A DNA stretch of 20,000 bases from Bdellovibrionales bacterium RIFOXYD12_FULL_39_22 (GCA_001770205.1 MEQL01000060.1:51989-71988), one strand, 5' to 3'. Shown: positions 1 to 8,312, counted from the first letter of the stretch. Notes: generated by a model not told the origin, from the sequence alone. Made by a program: numbers and translations.

Positions 1-166
1 GCGCACTGGTGGCCACCTCTTCTAATTCATTAGTTGTATTGTACGTAGCACTTAGAATCACCACTTTCATCTGTTCAGAAGCTTTGACAATGTTCATGCA
101 ACGTCTCATTGCCGCCGCATCACGAACGCTACTTCCTCCAAATTTGGCAACAATCCCACTTCCCAT
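1..166 (-). CDS. lysC: Aspartate kinase, 5' part (runs off the left edge)
   Basis: Manual translation from ATG 166: MGSGIVAKFGGSSVRDAAAMRRCMNIVKASEQMKVVILSATYNTTNELEEVATSA. It has the aspartokinase N-terminal KFGGSSV motif and a VVILSA..T motif. It starts 11 nt after the ettA stop. Not in the ORF track. Confidence 0.92.
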   Translation of the reverse strand, partial: MGSGIVAKFGGSSVRDAAAMRRCMNIVKASEQMKVVILSATYNTTNELEEVATSA

Positions 167-177
167 TGTTTTGCACC

Positions 178-1854
178 CTAAACCCTTTTTAATTTTTTAT
201 AAGTAACTCGCTTAGGAATAAGTGCATTTTCACCCAAACGCCGTTTTTTATCTTCTTCATAATCCGAAAAATTTCCATCAAACCAAACCACCTGACTCTC
301 TCCCTCAAAGGCCAAAATATGTGTGGCAATACGATCTAGAAAATATCTATCGTGGGAGATAACCACCGCACAACCAGGATAATCAATCAAGGCCTCTTCT
401 AACGCACGCAAAGTGTGAACATCCAGATCATTGGTTGGCTCATCCAACAAAAGAACATTTCCTTCCTCTCGCAACATTCTGGCCAAATGAACCCGATTGC
501 GCTCTCCTCCCGATAATTCGCTTACTCGTTTTTTATGGTCATCCCCAGAGAAATTAAATTTAGCGATATAGGCCCTGGCATTAACTTCTTGGTGGCCCAA
601 TTTAATAATATCACCACCATCAGCAATAACATCGTGAACAGTTTTATTACCATCCATCGAACGATCTTGATTTACATAAGAAAGCTTAACGGTATCGCCA
701 ACCTTAAAAGTTCCTCCATCTGGCCTTTCTCCTCCCGTCATCATACGAAAAAGTGTAGTCTTACCAGCTCCATTAGGCCCAATTACCCCCACAATCCCTC
801 CCGGAGGCAGTTTAAAAGTTAAATTTTCGTAAAGAAGTTTATCTCCATAGGCCTTAGAGATACCATTGGCCTCGATAACCAACTTACCTAGTCGAGGCCC
901 GGGTGGTATATAGATTTGGGTAGTCTCATTACGCTTATCTTTTTCCTCATTCATCCGCCGTTCATATTCCGCAATACGGGCCTTACTCTTGGCCTGCCGG
1001 GCCTTCGGTGAACTTCGAATCCACTCCAACTCTTCCTTTAAGGCCTTTTGCTTTTTGCTTTCTTGCTTTTCCTCTATGGCCAAACGCTTGGCCTTTTGAT
1101 CTAGCCAACTAGAGTAATTCCCTTTGAAGGGAATTCCTTGGCCACGATCCAACTCCAAAATCCAACCGGCCACATTGTCTAGAAAATAGCGATCATGGGT
1201 TACGGCGATAATGGTTCCCTTGTATTCTTGTAGGTGTTTTTCTAACCATAAAATGGTCTCCGCATCCAAATGGTTGGTAGGCTCATCTAGCAACAAAATA
1301 TCTGGACTTTGCAAAAGTAGACGACACAAGGCCACTCGTCGACGCTCTCCTCCCGACAAAGTCCCTATCAGTTGCTCACTAGGTGGACAACGGAGCGCTT
1401 CCATGGCCAAATCAAGACGACTATCTAGTTCCCATGCATTAGCAGCATCCAATTGATCTTGTAGTTTTGCCTGTTTTTCTAAAAGTTTATTCATCTCCTC
1501 ATCGCTCATAGGTTCGGCAAACTGATTGTTGATTTCATCAAATTTATTCAACATATCCACAATTGGTTGCACTCCCTCCCGAACAATATCTCTGACCGTC
1601 TTGCTTTCATCCAATTTAGGCTCTTGCTCTAAATAACCAACCACATACCCCTTGGCCAACGAGGTCTCACCCAAATGGTTGTCATCGATGCCGGCCAAAA
1701 TACGCAACAGGGTACTTTTTCCTGAGCCATTTAACCCCAACACCCCAATTTTTGCCCCGTAATAGTAGGAAAGTGATATATCTTTTAAAACCTGTTTAAC
1801 CCCATGTACCTTGCCTACTTTCGACATAGTATAGATAATTTGCTTGTCGCTCAT
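178..1854 (-). CDS. ettA: Energy-dependent translational throttle ABC-F ATPase EttA (YjjK)
   Basis: 558 aa. Two ABC domains (GLNGSGKST and GPNGAGKTT, LSGGE twice, LLLDEPTN twice), no TM segments, EttA-typical linker ELEWIRSSPKARQAKSKARI. Confidence 0.96.
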   Translation of the reverse strand: MSDKQIIYTMSKVGKVHGVKQVLKDISLSYYYGAKIGVLGLNGSGKSTLLRILAGIDDNHLGETSLAKGYVVGYLEQEPKLDESKTVRDIVREGVQPIVDMLNKFDEINNQFAEPMSDEEMNKLLEKQAKLQDQLDAANAWELDSRLDLAMEALRCPPSEQLIGTLSGGERRRVALCRLLLQSPDILLLDEPTNHLDAETILWLEKHLQEYKGTIIAVTHDRYFLDNVAGWILELDRGQGIPFKGNYSSWLDQKAKRLAIEEKQESKKQKALKEELEWIRSSPKARQAKSKARIAEYERRMNEEKDKRNETTQIYIPPGPRLGKLVIEANGISKAYGDKLLYENLTFKLPPGGIVGVIGPNGAGKTTLFRMMTGGERPDGGTFKVGDTVKLSYVNQDRSMDGNKTVHDVIADGGDIIKLGHQEVNARAYIAKFNFSGDDHKKRVSELSGGERNRVHLARMLREEGNVLLLDEPTNDLDVHTLRALEEALIDYPGCAVVISHDRYFLDRIATHILAFEGESQVVWFDGNFSDYEEDKKRRLGENALIPKRVTYKKLKRV

Positions 1855-1855
1855 C

Positions 1856-1901
1856 GATTTGTCCCTTTGCTATGATAGATATTAATTTTGAAGGACAAAT
1901 C
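1856..1901 (-). promoter_or_regulatory. Inverted repeat overlapping the ettA ribosome-binding site
   Basis: GATTTGTCC (1856-1864) pairs with GGACAAATC (1893-1901). On the minus-strand RNA the stem extends to 11 bp with one G-U pair and contains the AGGGA SD. Confidence 0.4.
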
Positions 1902-1918
1902 TAATACACCCTGTGGAA

Positions 1919-2896
1919 TTATTCAATTAAAAAGGCACTGAAAAGATTGGCCAAGTAAAAGAAGTACGTGGAGAGATAGAAAAGAACTACCACTAAAAAC
2001 TTTATAATATTTAACTTTTTTAAAAACTGAATGCTCTCTTGTCCAACATTAAACCATAGCTCTTCTTGAATTTCTGCCAACTCCGTCCCAATCGGCTGGC
2101 CCGAGCGCTGCCAGTTAAAAATTAAACTTTCCAAGCGTAAAACCAAATAACTTAAAAATTTACGTTGCCTTTGATCTTCCGTTAAAGCGGAACTCTCCGC
2201 ATGATGAATAATTTCTTTCTGGGAAAGGCCGACTCCTATCAAACTTTGAAAAATAAAAATCGTATTAAAAAATTTCCAAAAAGGAGCAAAAGTTAACTGT
2301 TGCAACCGCTGGTAAAATAGCGCAAAAAAGAGCGCTCCACTCAACTGCATGGCCAACATGAATATTTTTGAGAGCATTGATAATTTTACCTCGACGCTTT
2401 GGCCAACCATATATACAAAAAACCAGGTAATAAGTGAGATGAAAAAAAATTGCAAATAGGCTCCCTCTACCTCCTTTCGCAGGGCCCGCTCAAATTGTAT
2501 ATCCTTGATTACCCCTTTTTTGAGTTGGGATAACGACTCCTTGAAATTACCACCATACAATTTAGCGTAGTAAATCAATTTTTTTAGGATATCAGTGTAA
2601 AATTTATACTGAGGAATATCTCCACCACCATTTCCCGGAATTAATGAATAATCACCACCGATAGAAAAAGTTATTTGGTTGATGATCACAACAAAACTAT
2701 CCCCGCAGGCCACCACCGACTGGCCCATCCTTTGGCGCCAAAAATAAAATAGCTTTGCTTTAATTTTCTCATACAAACTAAAGCAAAAATCTCCATGTCG
2801 CTTTCCCACAAAAAGGCCGGCCAAAACAATCAAAAAATAAAAACCTATCGCCATTTGATATTTCATAACAAAATTGCCAAGCAACATTGATGCCAT
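1919..2896 (-). CDS. Multi-pass membrane protein, T2SSF/TadB-TadC-like
   Basis: N-terminal TM, then two helical domains each followed by TM segments. GGNFKESLSQLKKGVIKDIQFERALR..AYLQF is TadB-like; SGQPIGTELAEIQEEL...KKLNIIKFLVVVLFYL is TadC-like. The true start may be a downstream ATG. Confidence 0.55.
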   Translation of the reverse strand: MASMLLGNFVMKYQMAIGFYFLIVLAGLFVGKRHGDFCFSLYEKIKAKLFYFWRQRMGQSVVACGDSFVVIINQITFSIGGDYSLIPGNGGGDIPQYKFYTDILKKLIYYAKLYGGNFKESLSQLKKGVIKDIQFERALRKEVEGAYLQFFFISLITWFFVYMVGQSVEVKLSMLSKIFMLAMQLSGALFFALFYQRLQQLTFAPFWKFFNTIFIFQSLIGVGLSQKEIIHHAESSALTEDQRQRKFLSYLVLRLESLIFNWQRSGQPIGTELAEIQEELWFNVGQESIQFLKKLNIIKFLVVVLFYLSTYFFYLANLFSAFLIE

Positions 2897-2945
2897 ATAA
2901 AAAATTGACGAAATAATCTAATTGTGTGATAGAATCAATCTTATT

Positions 2946-3260
2946 ATGACAACACTTAAACATCTCGGTTTTGACAATCATCAACTGCCTCCTTATGTAA
3001 ATATTGCTGGCAACTTACCAACGGACATAAAGATTCCTCTTCTTAAACGAAAGGTCTCCTTTTTAAACTCCATCTGCAATGAACTTAATCCCTACCTTCC
3101 TATTCCTGAGCACATCAAAAAAAAGTTGCAAATGGTGCGCATTGATAATTTTTCAGATCCCTTTGAAATTACCAACCGCTTGGTAGTAATTTTGGAAGAT
3201 TCAGTAGAAGAGTTACAAGCACTACAAGCGCAAGAAAAGCAAGGCCAGATAGTTCACTGA
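2946..3260 (+). CDS. Hypothetical protein (about 104 aa)
   Basis: ORF fills the gap between two minus-strand genes. ATG 2946 follows an extended -10-like TGaTAGAAT (2927-2935). Its 3' end overlaps the convergent gene by 7 nt. Confidence 0.65.
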   Translation: MTTLKHLGFDNHQLPPYVNIAGNLPTDIKIPLLKRKVSFLNSICNELNPYLPIPEHIKKKLQMVRIDNFSDPFEITNRLVVILEDSVEELQALQAQEKQGQIVH

Positions 3261-4264
3261 TTGATAAATTTGCTGCATCGCCGCAAATAGCTCCCTTGCA
3301 TATATTCAAAAGTTCGCTGCTTGCTAAATTGCTCAGAAATCGAAGCAGGTTCTCGCATTTTGCCAATATCACTATCAACGCTTTTTTGCATCACACCTAA
3401 GCGTTGAAAATCATTTTCACAGGCACGCTGCATAATAGAGCGATACTCTAAAAAAGCGGCCTCGGGATAGGGGCGATCATAGGCCGAAGAGATAAACATA
3501 GGTGCTTCCTCGGATAAATGAATAAAGGCCGCTGCTTCTACTCCATAATCTTTCAACTGCCCCTTAAACTCTGAAAATTGCTGGCCAATTTTATAAAAAG
3601 CGACAATCCCTTTTTTCTTTGAAAATTTATTGGAATTTGTATCCACAATTTTCTCACAATTAGAGTGCTGAGCGGCCTCTTGAGGAAAAAGATCATAGAG
3701 AACACCACACTCTGCAATATACGCCTCCACTTCTCCTCCTTTGCCTTCGATTGTGGATTGAATAAATTCTTTTAGCGTAAAATTGAGTTTGTATGGATTA
3801 AAAGGGGTTTTATAAATGTAATGAGTCAGCTCATGGGCCAAATCTACGATTGCATTAATCACACTCAGATTACGATCTAGATAAACAATTGATTCACTTT
3901 CATAAACAACTTGGTCGGGATTACTTTTAGAAAATCTACGCACCAGCGTAGTATCACAAATAGAAGTTTTTCCAGGGCGCACTACATCCAATAAAGTTTT
4001 GCCATGTTGCCCGGCCTTGGCCTTGGCCTGCTTTGCAATCTCTCGCCCAATTTTAGACTTTTGCAAGGTGGAAAAAAGTAGACGAATGGCCTCTTGTGGA
4101 TCTTTATGAATCAAAATCCAGCGCGTTTTGCTATTTAAATTACTTTCAGTATGCAAAACTCGCTCACTACGATTAAAAGGGGTGGCATTCCCGATTTGCC
4201 AAAAAAAGAGGGCAAAGACAAAAAAGCAAAAAAGAATTATTGGCCGAGATGAAATTCTCATCAA
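3254..4264 (-). CDS. Secreted putative zinc metallopeptidase (gluzincin-like)
   Basis: N-terminal signal/TM segment, LAHELTHY (HExxH), and a downstream GEVEAY as a candidate third ligand Glu. Confidence 0.6.
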   Translation of the reverse strand: MMRISSRPIILFCFFVFALFFWQIGNATPFNRSERVLHTESNLNSKTRWILIHKDPQEAIRLLFSTLQKSKIGREIAKQAKAKAGQHGKTLLDVVRPGKTSICDTTLVRRFSKSNPDQVVYESESIVYLDRNLSVINAIVDLAHELTHYIYKTPFNPYKLNFTLKEFIQSTIEGKGGEVEAYIAECGVLYDLFPQEAAQHSNCEKIVDTNSNKFSKKKGIVAFYKIGQQFSEFKGQLKDYGVEAAAFIHLSEEAPMFISSAYDRPYPEAAFLEYRSIMQRACENDFQRLGVMQKSVDSDIGKMREPASISEQFSKQRTFEYMQGSYLRRCSKFINQ

Positions 4265-4268
4265 CTAT

Positions 4269-4296
4269 AAGTCGGAGCAATTGAGAATAAAATTTA
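4269..4296 (-). promoter_or_regulatory. Possible sigma28 (FliA)-like promoter
   Basis: Minus strand reads TAAA-N16-TCCGACTT immediately upstream of the 4264 gene. The consensus is TAAA-N15-GCCGATAA. Confidence 0.3.
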
Positions 4297-4383
4297 GAAG
4301 TTAAGTTGGCCTATCTGGATATGGCGAGAATGTACTGGCAAACGACAAAACTAATGCTTTTTTATCCAGTATTATTTTTTACA

Positions 4384-4412
4384 TTGACTCTTCTTGCTCT
4401 TTCGCTGACCAT
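4384..4412 (+). promoter_or_regulatory. Sigma70-like promoter positioned for a leaderless transcript
   Basis: TTGACT(4384-4389)-N17-GACCAT(4407-4412), then 6 nt, then ATG 4419. No SD sequence. Confidence 0.4.
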
Positions 4413-4418
4413 TTATTT

Positions 4419-5726
4419 ATGAGCTTAAAAACTATTTTTATTTCCGCAGTCTACCTACTCATCGTTTCTTGTAACAGAGGCCCTGACAATGCTGGTAACG
4501 ACGCTACTCCCACCCCGGCCAGCTCACCAACCCCCACTGCGGCCACCACTGCTGCCTGTGGCATGGCCGATGGTATCTGTCCTGCTGCTTGCACTTTTTA
4601 TGACGATAACGACTGCGTAAAATGTAACTCTGTCGTAGGACTGACAGCACCAGTAGAAAGCTGCTCTGCAGAATGGCCTTGCACAAATCTTCTTCCAACC
4701 TATCCAGCACAAGGCATTTATGAAATTTCGACCGGTAGCGATATTCCCAGTTGCCAGACACAATTCCCCACGGCCGCCACCATCGTCGGGTGTGTGCGAG
4801 GAGGCCGGGGCGCTTTTAATGATGGCCCACCCAAAAACTGGATCGATGAAGATGGAATAAGTCGTTACTGGTGTGAGTATAGGCCAAGCGGAACTGCCAG
4901 TAATTCCAAGCGGCCGCTGCTTATATATATTCCCGGTTCTGGCTCTAATGCAGACGCCATATATGACTTTACGCTATTGCGGGCCAAGGCAATAGACTAT
5001 GATAATTTAAGCGGCGATAGTTCTCGCAAAGGTATCATTTTAGTATCCACGCAAGGACGCAATTTGCACTGGCCGACGGCCTCTACCGAAGAAGGCAGCA
5101 AGCATGACTCTTATCATCGAAACCTCGCAACTAACCGCGATGTTGCCTTTGTCGATCACATTATAGACACTCTCGTGGCCGAAGGAGTTGTTGACCCTAA
5201 TCGCATCTACCTGACTGGATGGTCAAATGGTGCAAGATTTGCCACTTTCTACGGCATATCTCGCCATCAAACTGCCACCGCCGGGGGAAATAAAGTGGCC
5301 GCAGTAGCAGTTTATAGTGGCGGAGATCCCTATGAAAATATTGCTACCGAACAATCACCATCGTGCAAACAAAATCCCTATCCTCAAACCCAACTTCCTT
5401 TTCTCGTGATTACCAGAAACTGTGACGCCATTACTTGTAACCAAGAACACTTTGATACTTTTTCTGCGGAAGGATGGATCATTACCCCTGGAAATCAAGT
5501 TGAAGCATGGTTTAGTACACTACAAAACACTATGAATAACTCTCATGCACAGTGGCTAAAAATTAATTACTACGGTGCCGATACTGCCTCCTGTTTGGCA
5601 TTACCAATTTGTACTCGTCAAACTGCCACTCGTAATCACTTTTGTTGGCCAGATGGTATTAGCGATGGCGGCGGAGTCGATAGAGAGATTGATCTTTTGG
5701 AATTTTTAAAATCTAATCCTCGATGA
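4419..5726 (+). CDS. Cys-rich lipoprotein alpha/beta hydrolase (LpqC / PHB-depolymerase / esterase-like)
   Basis: Lipobox LIVS-C, Pro/Thr/Ala linker, RPLLIYIPGSG oxyanion region, DVAFVDHII..VDPNRIYLTGWSNGA nucleophile elbow, candidate Asp (NCD) and His (NHFCWP). Confidence 0.75.
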   Translation: MSLKTIFISAVYLLIVSCNRGPDNAGNDATPTPASSPTPTAATTAACGMADGICPAACTFYDDNDCVKCNSVVGLTAPVESCSAEWPCTNLLPTYPAQGIYEISTGSDIPSCQTQFPTAATIVGCVRGGRGAFNDGPPKNWIDEDGISRYWCEYRPSGTASNSKRPLLIYIPGSGSNADAIYDFTLLRAKAIDYDNLSGDSSRKGIILVSTQGRNLHWPTASTEEGSKHDSYHRNLATNRDVAFVDHIIDTLVAEGVVDPNRIYLTGWSNGARFATFYGISRHQTATAGGNKVAAVAVYSGGDPYENIATEQSPSCKQNPYPQTQLPFLVITRNCDAITCNQEHFDTFSAEGWIITPGNQVEAWFSTLQNTMNNSHAQWLKINYYGADTASCLALPICTRQTATRNHFCWPDGISDGGGVDREIDLLEFLKSNPR

Positions 5727-5739
5727 AAGCACCTTGGGC

Positions 5740-6855
5740 CTACCAATCGTAAGTAATGGCAATTTTCCCAATTTTAGTCAAACCATCATTACTTCCCTTG
5801 TCTTGACTAAAGCCCTGGGCATATAGGAAATCAAAATTGGCAGAACCAAATTTAAATGTTCCTCCAATATTAGGCCCGTTGGTAGTATTAGACTTCGTAA
5901 CAGCATCTCCAACCTTAGTGTATCCGTAAAGATTGTAGACCGCACCAGTTCGTAGAGTAAACCATGGTGTTATGGTATATTCGAGGCCAGTGTTTAGGGG
6001 AACAAAAATTCCCGATACCGAGGCCGTACCATACTTCCCTGTTATATAACGAACTCCCGCTCCATAAATAATCTTATAACCAATTTTACTATCTTCGGTA
6101 GTTGTTCCTAGGCCGATATTAAAATCCCAATGTGCATTTTTTGTAACTACATTGTCGGTACCAACTACGGCAGTTTGCTCCCAACTACGTCGACTTAAAA
6201 CTAGATATTGATTAAATACTCCCACTTTGCGCTGCGCCCCCAGATCAAAACTAAATTTATCCTCATATTTTGATTGTGCAGCATCTCCAGGATCTTCCAT
6301 TTTATTGATCAATCGATAAGAAAACCAAGTATCTGCCAGCGCAAACTTGGCCCCCAAATTAACTTTAACTCCGGAGATTTTTTCTTGAGTAGTGCCATCG
6401 GCCACAGAGACATCTACAAAGGTCAACCCTGCCCCCACTTCCACTCCTCGTAACGTAGTGGCCAATTGCAAATCAAGTGGTTTGACCGTAACGGCCGTTT
6501 CAAAATTAGCGGTGGCCGAGGAGTCCAAAAACATTTGATCAGTACGGCCATAGTTAACACCATATTTTATCCCACGCTCTGGAAGCGAAGCAATAAATCC
6601 GCCGGATCCTTCTTCATAGTTGGCCTGATTTTTAGGAATATTATTCAAATAAACAGGATTATAAAAAATATTAGAATCATCAACATAGTGATAGGCCCCC
6701 GTACTCACAACCGTATGATAACAACAAGTGGTTCCTGAAAGTGTCGTAGGAACTCCAATCGCTCCAAGTGTCGCCACTCGCACACTGCTTGCAAACAGTG
6801 ATCCACTAAGTACACAAAAAGATAACAGTAAAACGATAAAAAAAAGTTTTCTCAT
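5740..6855 (-). CDS. Outer-membrane beta-barrel, similar to the Bdellovibrio major OMP (PopA-like)
   Basis: ATG 6855 follows an AAGGAGGA RBS. Signal peptide, alternating beta-strand pattern and C-terminal AITYDW (BAM signal). The N-terminal ASSVRVATLG...YVDDSNIFYNP..LN..E pattern resembles, from memory, the ASKARL.ALG...D.RNIFLN motif of Bdellovibrio major OMPs. Confidence 0.7.
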   Translation of the reverse strand: MRKLFFIVLLLSFCVLSGSLFASSVRVATLGAIGVPTTLSGTTCCYHTVVSTGAYHYVDDSNIFYNPVYLNNIPKNQANYEEGSGGFIASLPERGIKYGVNYGRTDQMFLDSSATANFETAVTVKPLDLQLATTLRGVEVGAGLTFVDVSVADGTTQEKISGVKVNLGAKFALADTWFSYRLINKMEDPGDAAQSKYEDKFSFDLGAQRKVGVFNQYLVLSRRSWEQTAVVGTDNVVTKNAHWDFNIGLGTTTEDSKIGYKIIYGAGVRYITGKYGTASVSGIFVPLNTGLEYTITPWFTLRTGAVYNLYGYTKVGDAVTKSNTTNGPNIGGTFKFGSANFDFLYAQGFSQDKGSNDGLTKIGKIAITYDW

Positions 6856-6901
6856 TTCAATCCTCCTTCGGTAAATCGCCAAGACAATATTATATTCTAA
6901 A

Positions 6902-7471
6902 TTAAAATAGCACCTTAACTGCTAATCCCAATAAAATAATTCCGGCCAGCCCCGAGGCCCACCTTCCCATTAAGTGCCCAGCGCGATTGCCGATAAACGC
7001 ACCTACAACAGTCATGGCCAGTGTTACTAGACCTATCACAATAACTGGAAGGCCAATTGATGTCCCATTTATCGCAAAGACCACTCCAATCATCATCGCA
7101 TCAATACTAGTGGCAACCGCCAAACTAAGCAAGCAGCGCCAACTGGTGCAAAAACAACGAGTGGTGTCACACATCTGCCCATGAGGAGAAATAGCATCAC
7201 GCAATGTTTTTATGGCCAGTACCAAAAAAACAGCAAACGTTATCCAAAGAGAGATCGGTTCCACCACTGCGCGAACAAATGTTCCAGCATACCAGCCCAA
7301 CAGTGGCATTCCTGCTTGAAATAGGCCAAAAGTAGCGGCAATTTTAAAATATTTTGATAAAAAAACATCTCTTAACTTTATTCCACAGCTAATAGAAACA
7401 GCAAAGGCATCCATTGAAAGTGCTAAGGCCACCATAAAAACCATCTGCAAATCCATCTGACCTTGCTCCAT
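6902..7471 (-). CDS. mntP: Manganese efflux pump MntP family
   Basis: ALSMDAFAVS, FGLFQAGMPLLGW and ATSIDA motifs, about 6 TM segments. The start may be ATG 7456. Confidence 0.92.
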   Translation of the reverse strand: MEQGQMDLQMVFMVALALSMDAFAVSISCGIKLRDVFLSKYFKIAATFGLFQAGMPLLGWYAGTFVRAVVEPISLWITFAVFLVLAIKTLRDAISPHGQMCDTTRCFCTSWRCLLSLAVATSIDAMMIGVVFAINGTSIGLPVIVIGLVTLAMTVVGAFIGNRAGHLMGRWASGLAGIILLGLAVKVLF

Positions 7472-7588
7472 TTTTTTTCGGCTGACATAGGAAACTATAC
7501 TAAAATTATATTTTGGCGGTAGTATTGTCTGGTAAAATTAAAAAGATTACAACAAAATTATATGGCCGTTCACAGCAAGAAAGTAGCT

Positions 7589-7653
7589 ATAGACAAATTC
7601 AATCCAGCAATAGGAACGATCGATTTAATTTATCGGCGAAAAAGTTAGATAAT
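7589..7653 (+). promoter_or_regulatory. OxyR-like operator abutting a weak sigma70 promoter of ahpC
   Basis: ATAG-N7-CAAT-N6-ATAG-N7-CGAT (7589-7624), compared with the OxyR consensus ATAG-N7-CTAT-N7-ATAG-N7-CTAT. It is directly followed by TTAATT(7625-7630)-N17-GATAAT(7648-7653). Confidence 0.6.
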
Positions 7654-7709
7654 GTTGGCAAGTAAGCTAACAAACAGCATTAATGCTAACAACTAACAAG
7701 GAGAAAAAA

Positions 7710-8297
7710 ATGAGCTTAATTAACAAACCAGCACCAGAATTTAAGGCACAGGCGGTAATGGGTGACAACTCTTTTCGCGAAATAAAACTATCCGACTATA
7801 AAAATAAATATGTCGTACTTTTTTTCTATCCACTAGATTTTACCTTTGTTTGTCCATCTGAAATTCTAGCATTTAACCGCAAACTTAACGAATTTAAGGA
7901 GCGCAATGTAGAAGTCATTGCGGTATCGGTAGACTCTCACTTCTCTCATTTGGCCTGGAAAAATACTCCTGTTGAAAAAGGTGGTATTGGCAATATTCAA
8001 TTTCCCATTGTCTCAGATTTAAGTAAAAGTATCTCTCGCGACTACGACGTTCTTTTCAACGATACAGTTGCACTCCGCGGACTATTTTTAATTGATAAAA
8101 GTGGTATTGTTAAACATTCCGTAGTGAACGATTTGGGTATTGGAAGAAATATTGACGAAGCACTACGAACCGTAGATGCTCTACAGTACACTGAAAAGCA
8201 CGGAGAGGTTTGCCCGGCCGATTGGAAACAAGGAGATGAGGCGATGAAACCGACGGCCAGTGGAGTTGCAACCTATCTTGCTAAACACAATAAATAA
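7710..8297 (+). CDS. ahpC: Typical 2-Cys peroxiredoxin (AhpC/TsaA)
   Basis: FFYPLDFTFVCPSE and GEVCPADW motifs. AAGGAG RBS before ATG 7710. Confidence 0.95.
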   Translation: MSLINKPAPEFKAQAVMGDNSFREIKLSDYKNKYVVLFFYPLDFTFVCPSEILAFNRKLNEFKERNVEVIAVSVDSHFSHLAWKNTPVEKGGIGNIQFPIVSDLSKSISRDYDVLFNDTVALRGLFLIDKSGIVKHSVVNDLGIGRNIDEALRTVDALQYTEKHGEVCPADWKQGDEAMKPTASGVATYLAKHNK

Positions 8298-8312
8298 TAA
8301 CAGGAGGTATAT

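Noticed and set aside
9..206. 65-aa plus-strand ORF
   Set aside because: It is the antisense shadow of the lysC 5' end, which has a clear KFGGSSV motif.
7475..7503. GCCGAAAA sigma28-like -10 next to the mntP start
   Set aside because: The -35 spacing is poor and it is too close to the first ATG, so it is not supportable.
7472..7682. yybP-ykoY Mn riboswitch expected upstream of mntP
   Set aside because: I could not see the conserved GGGGAGUA / GAGACC-type elements or the GC-rich helices on the minus strand. An Infernal search with RF00080 would settle it.
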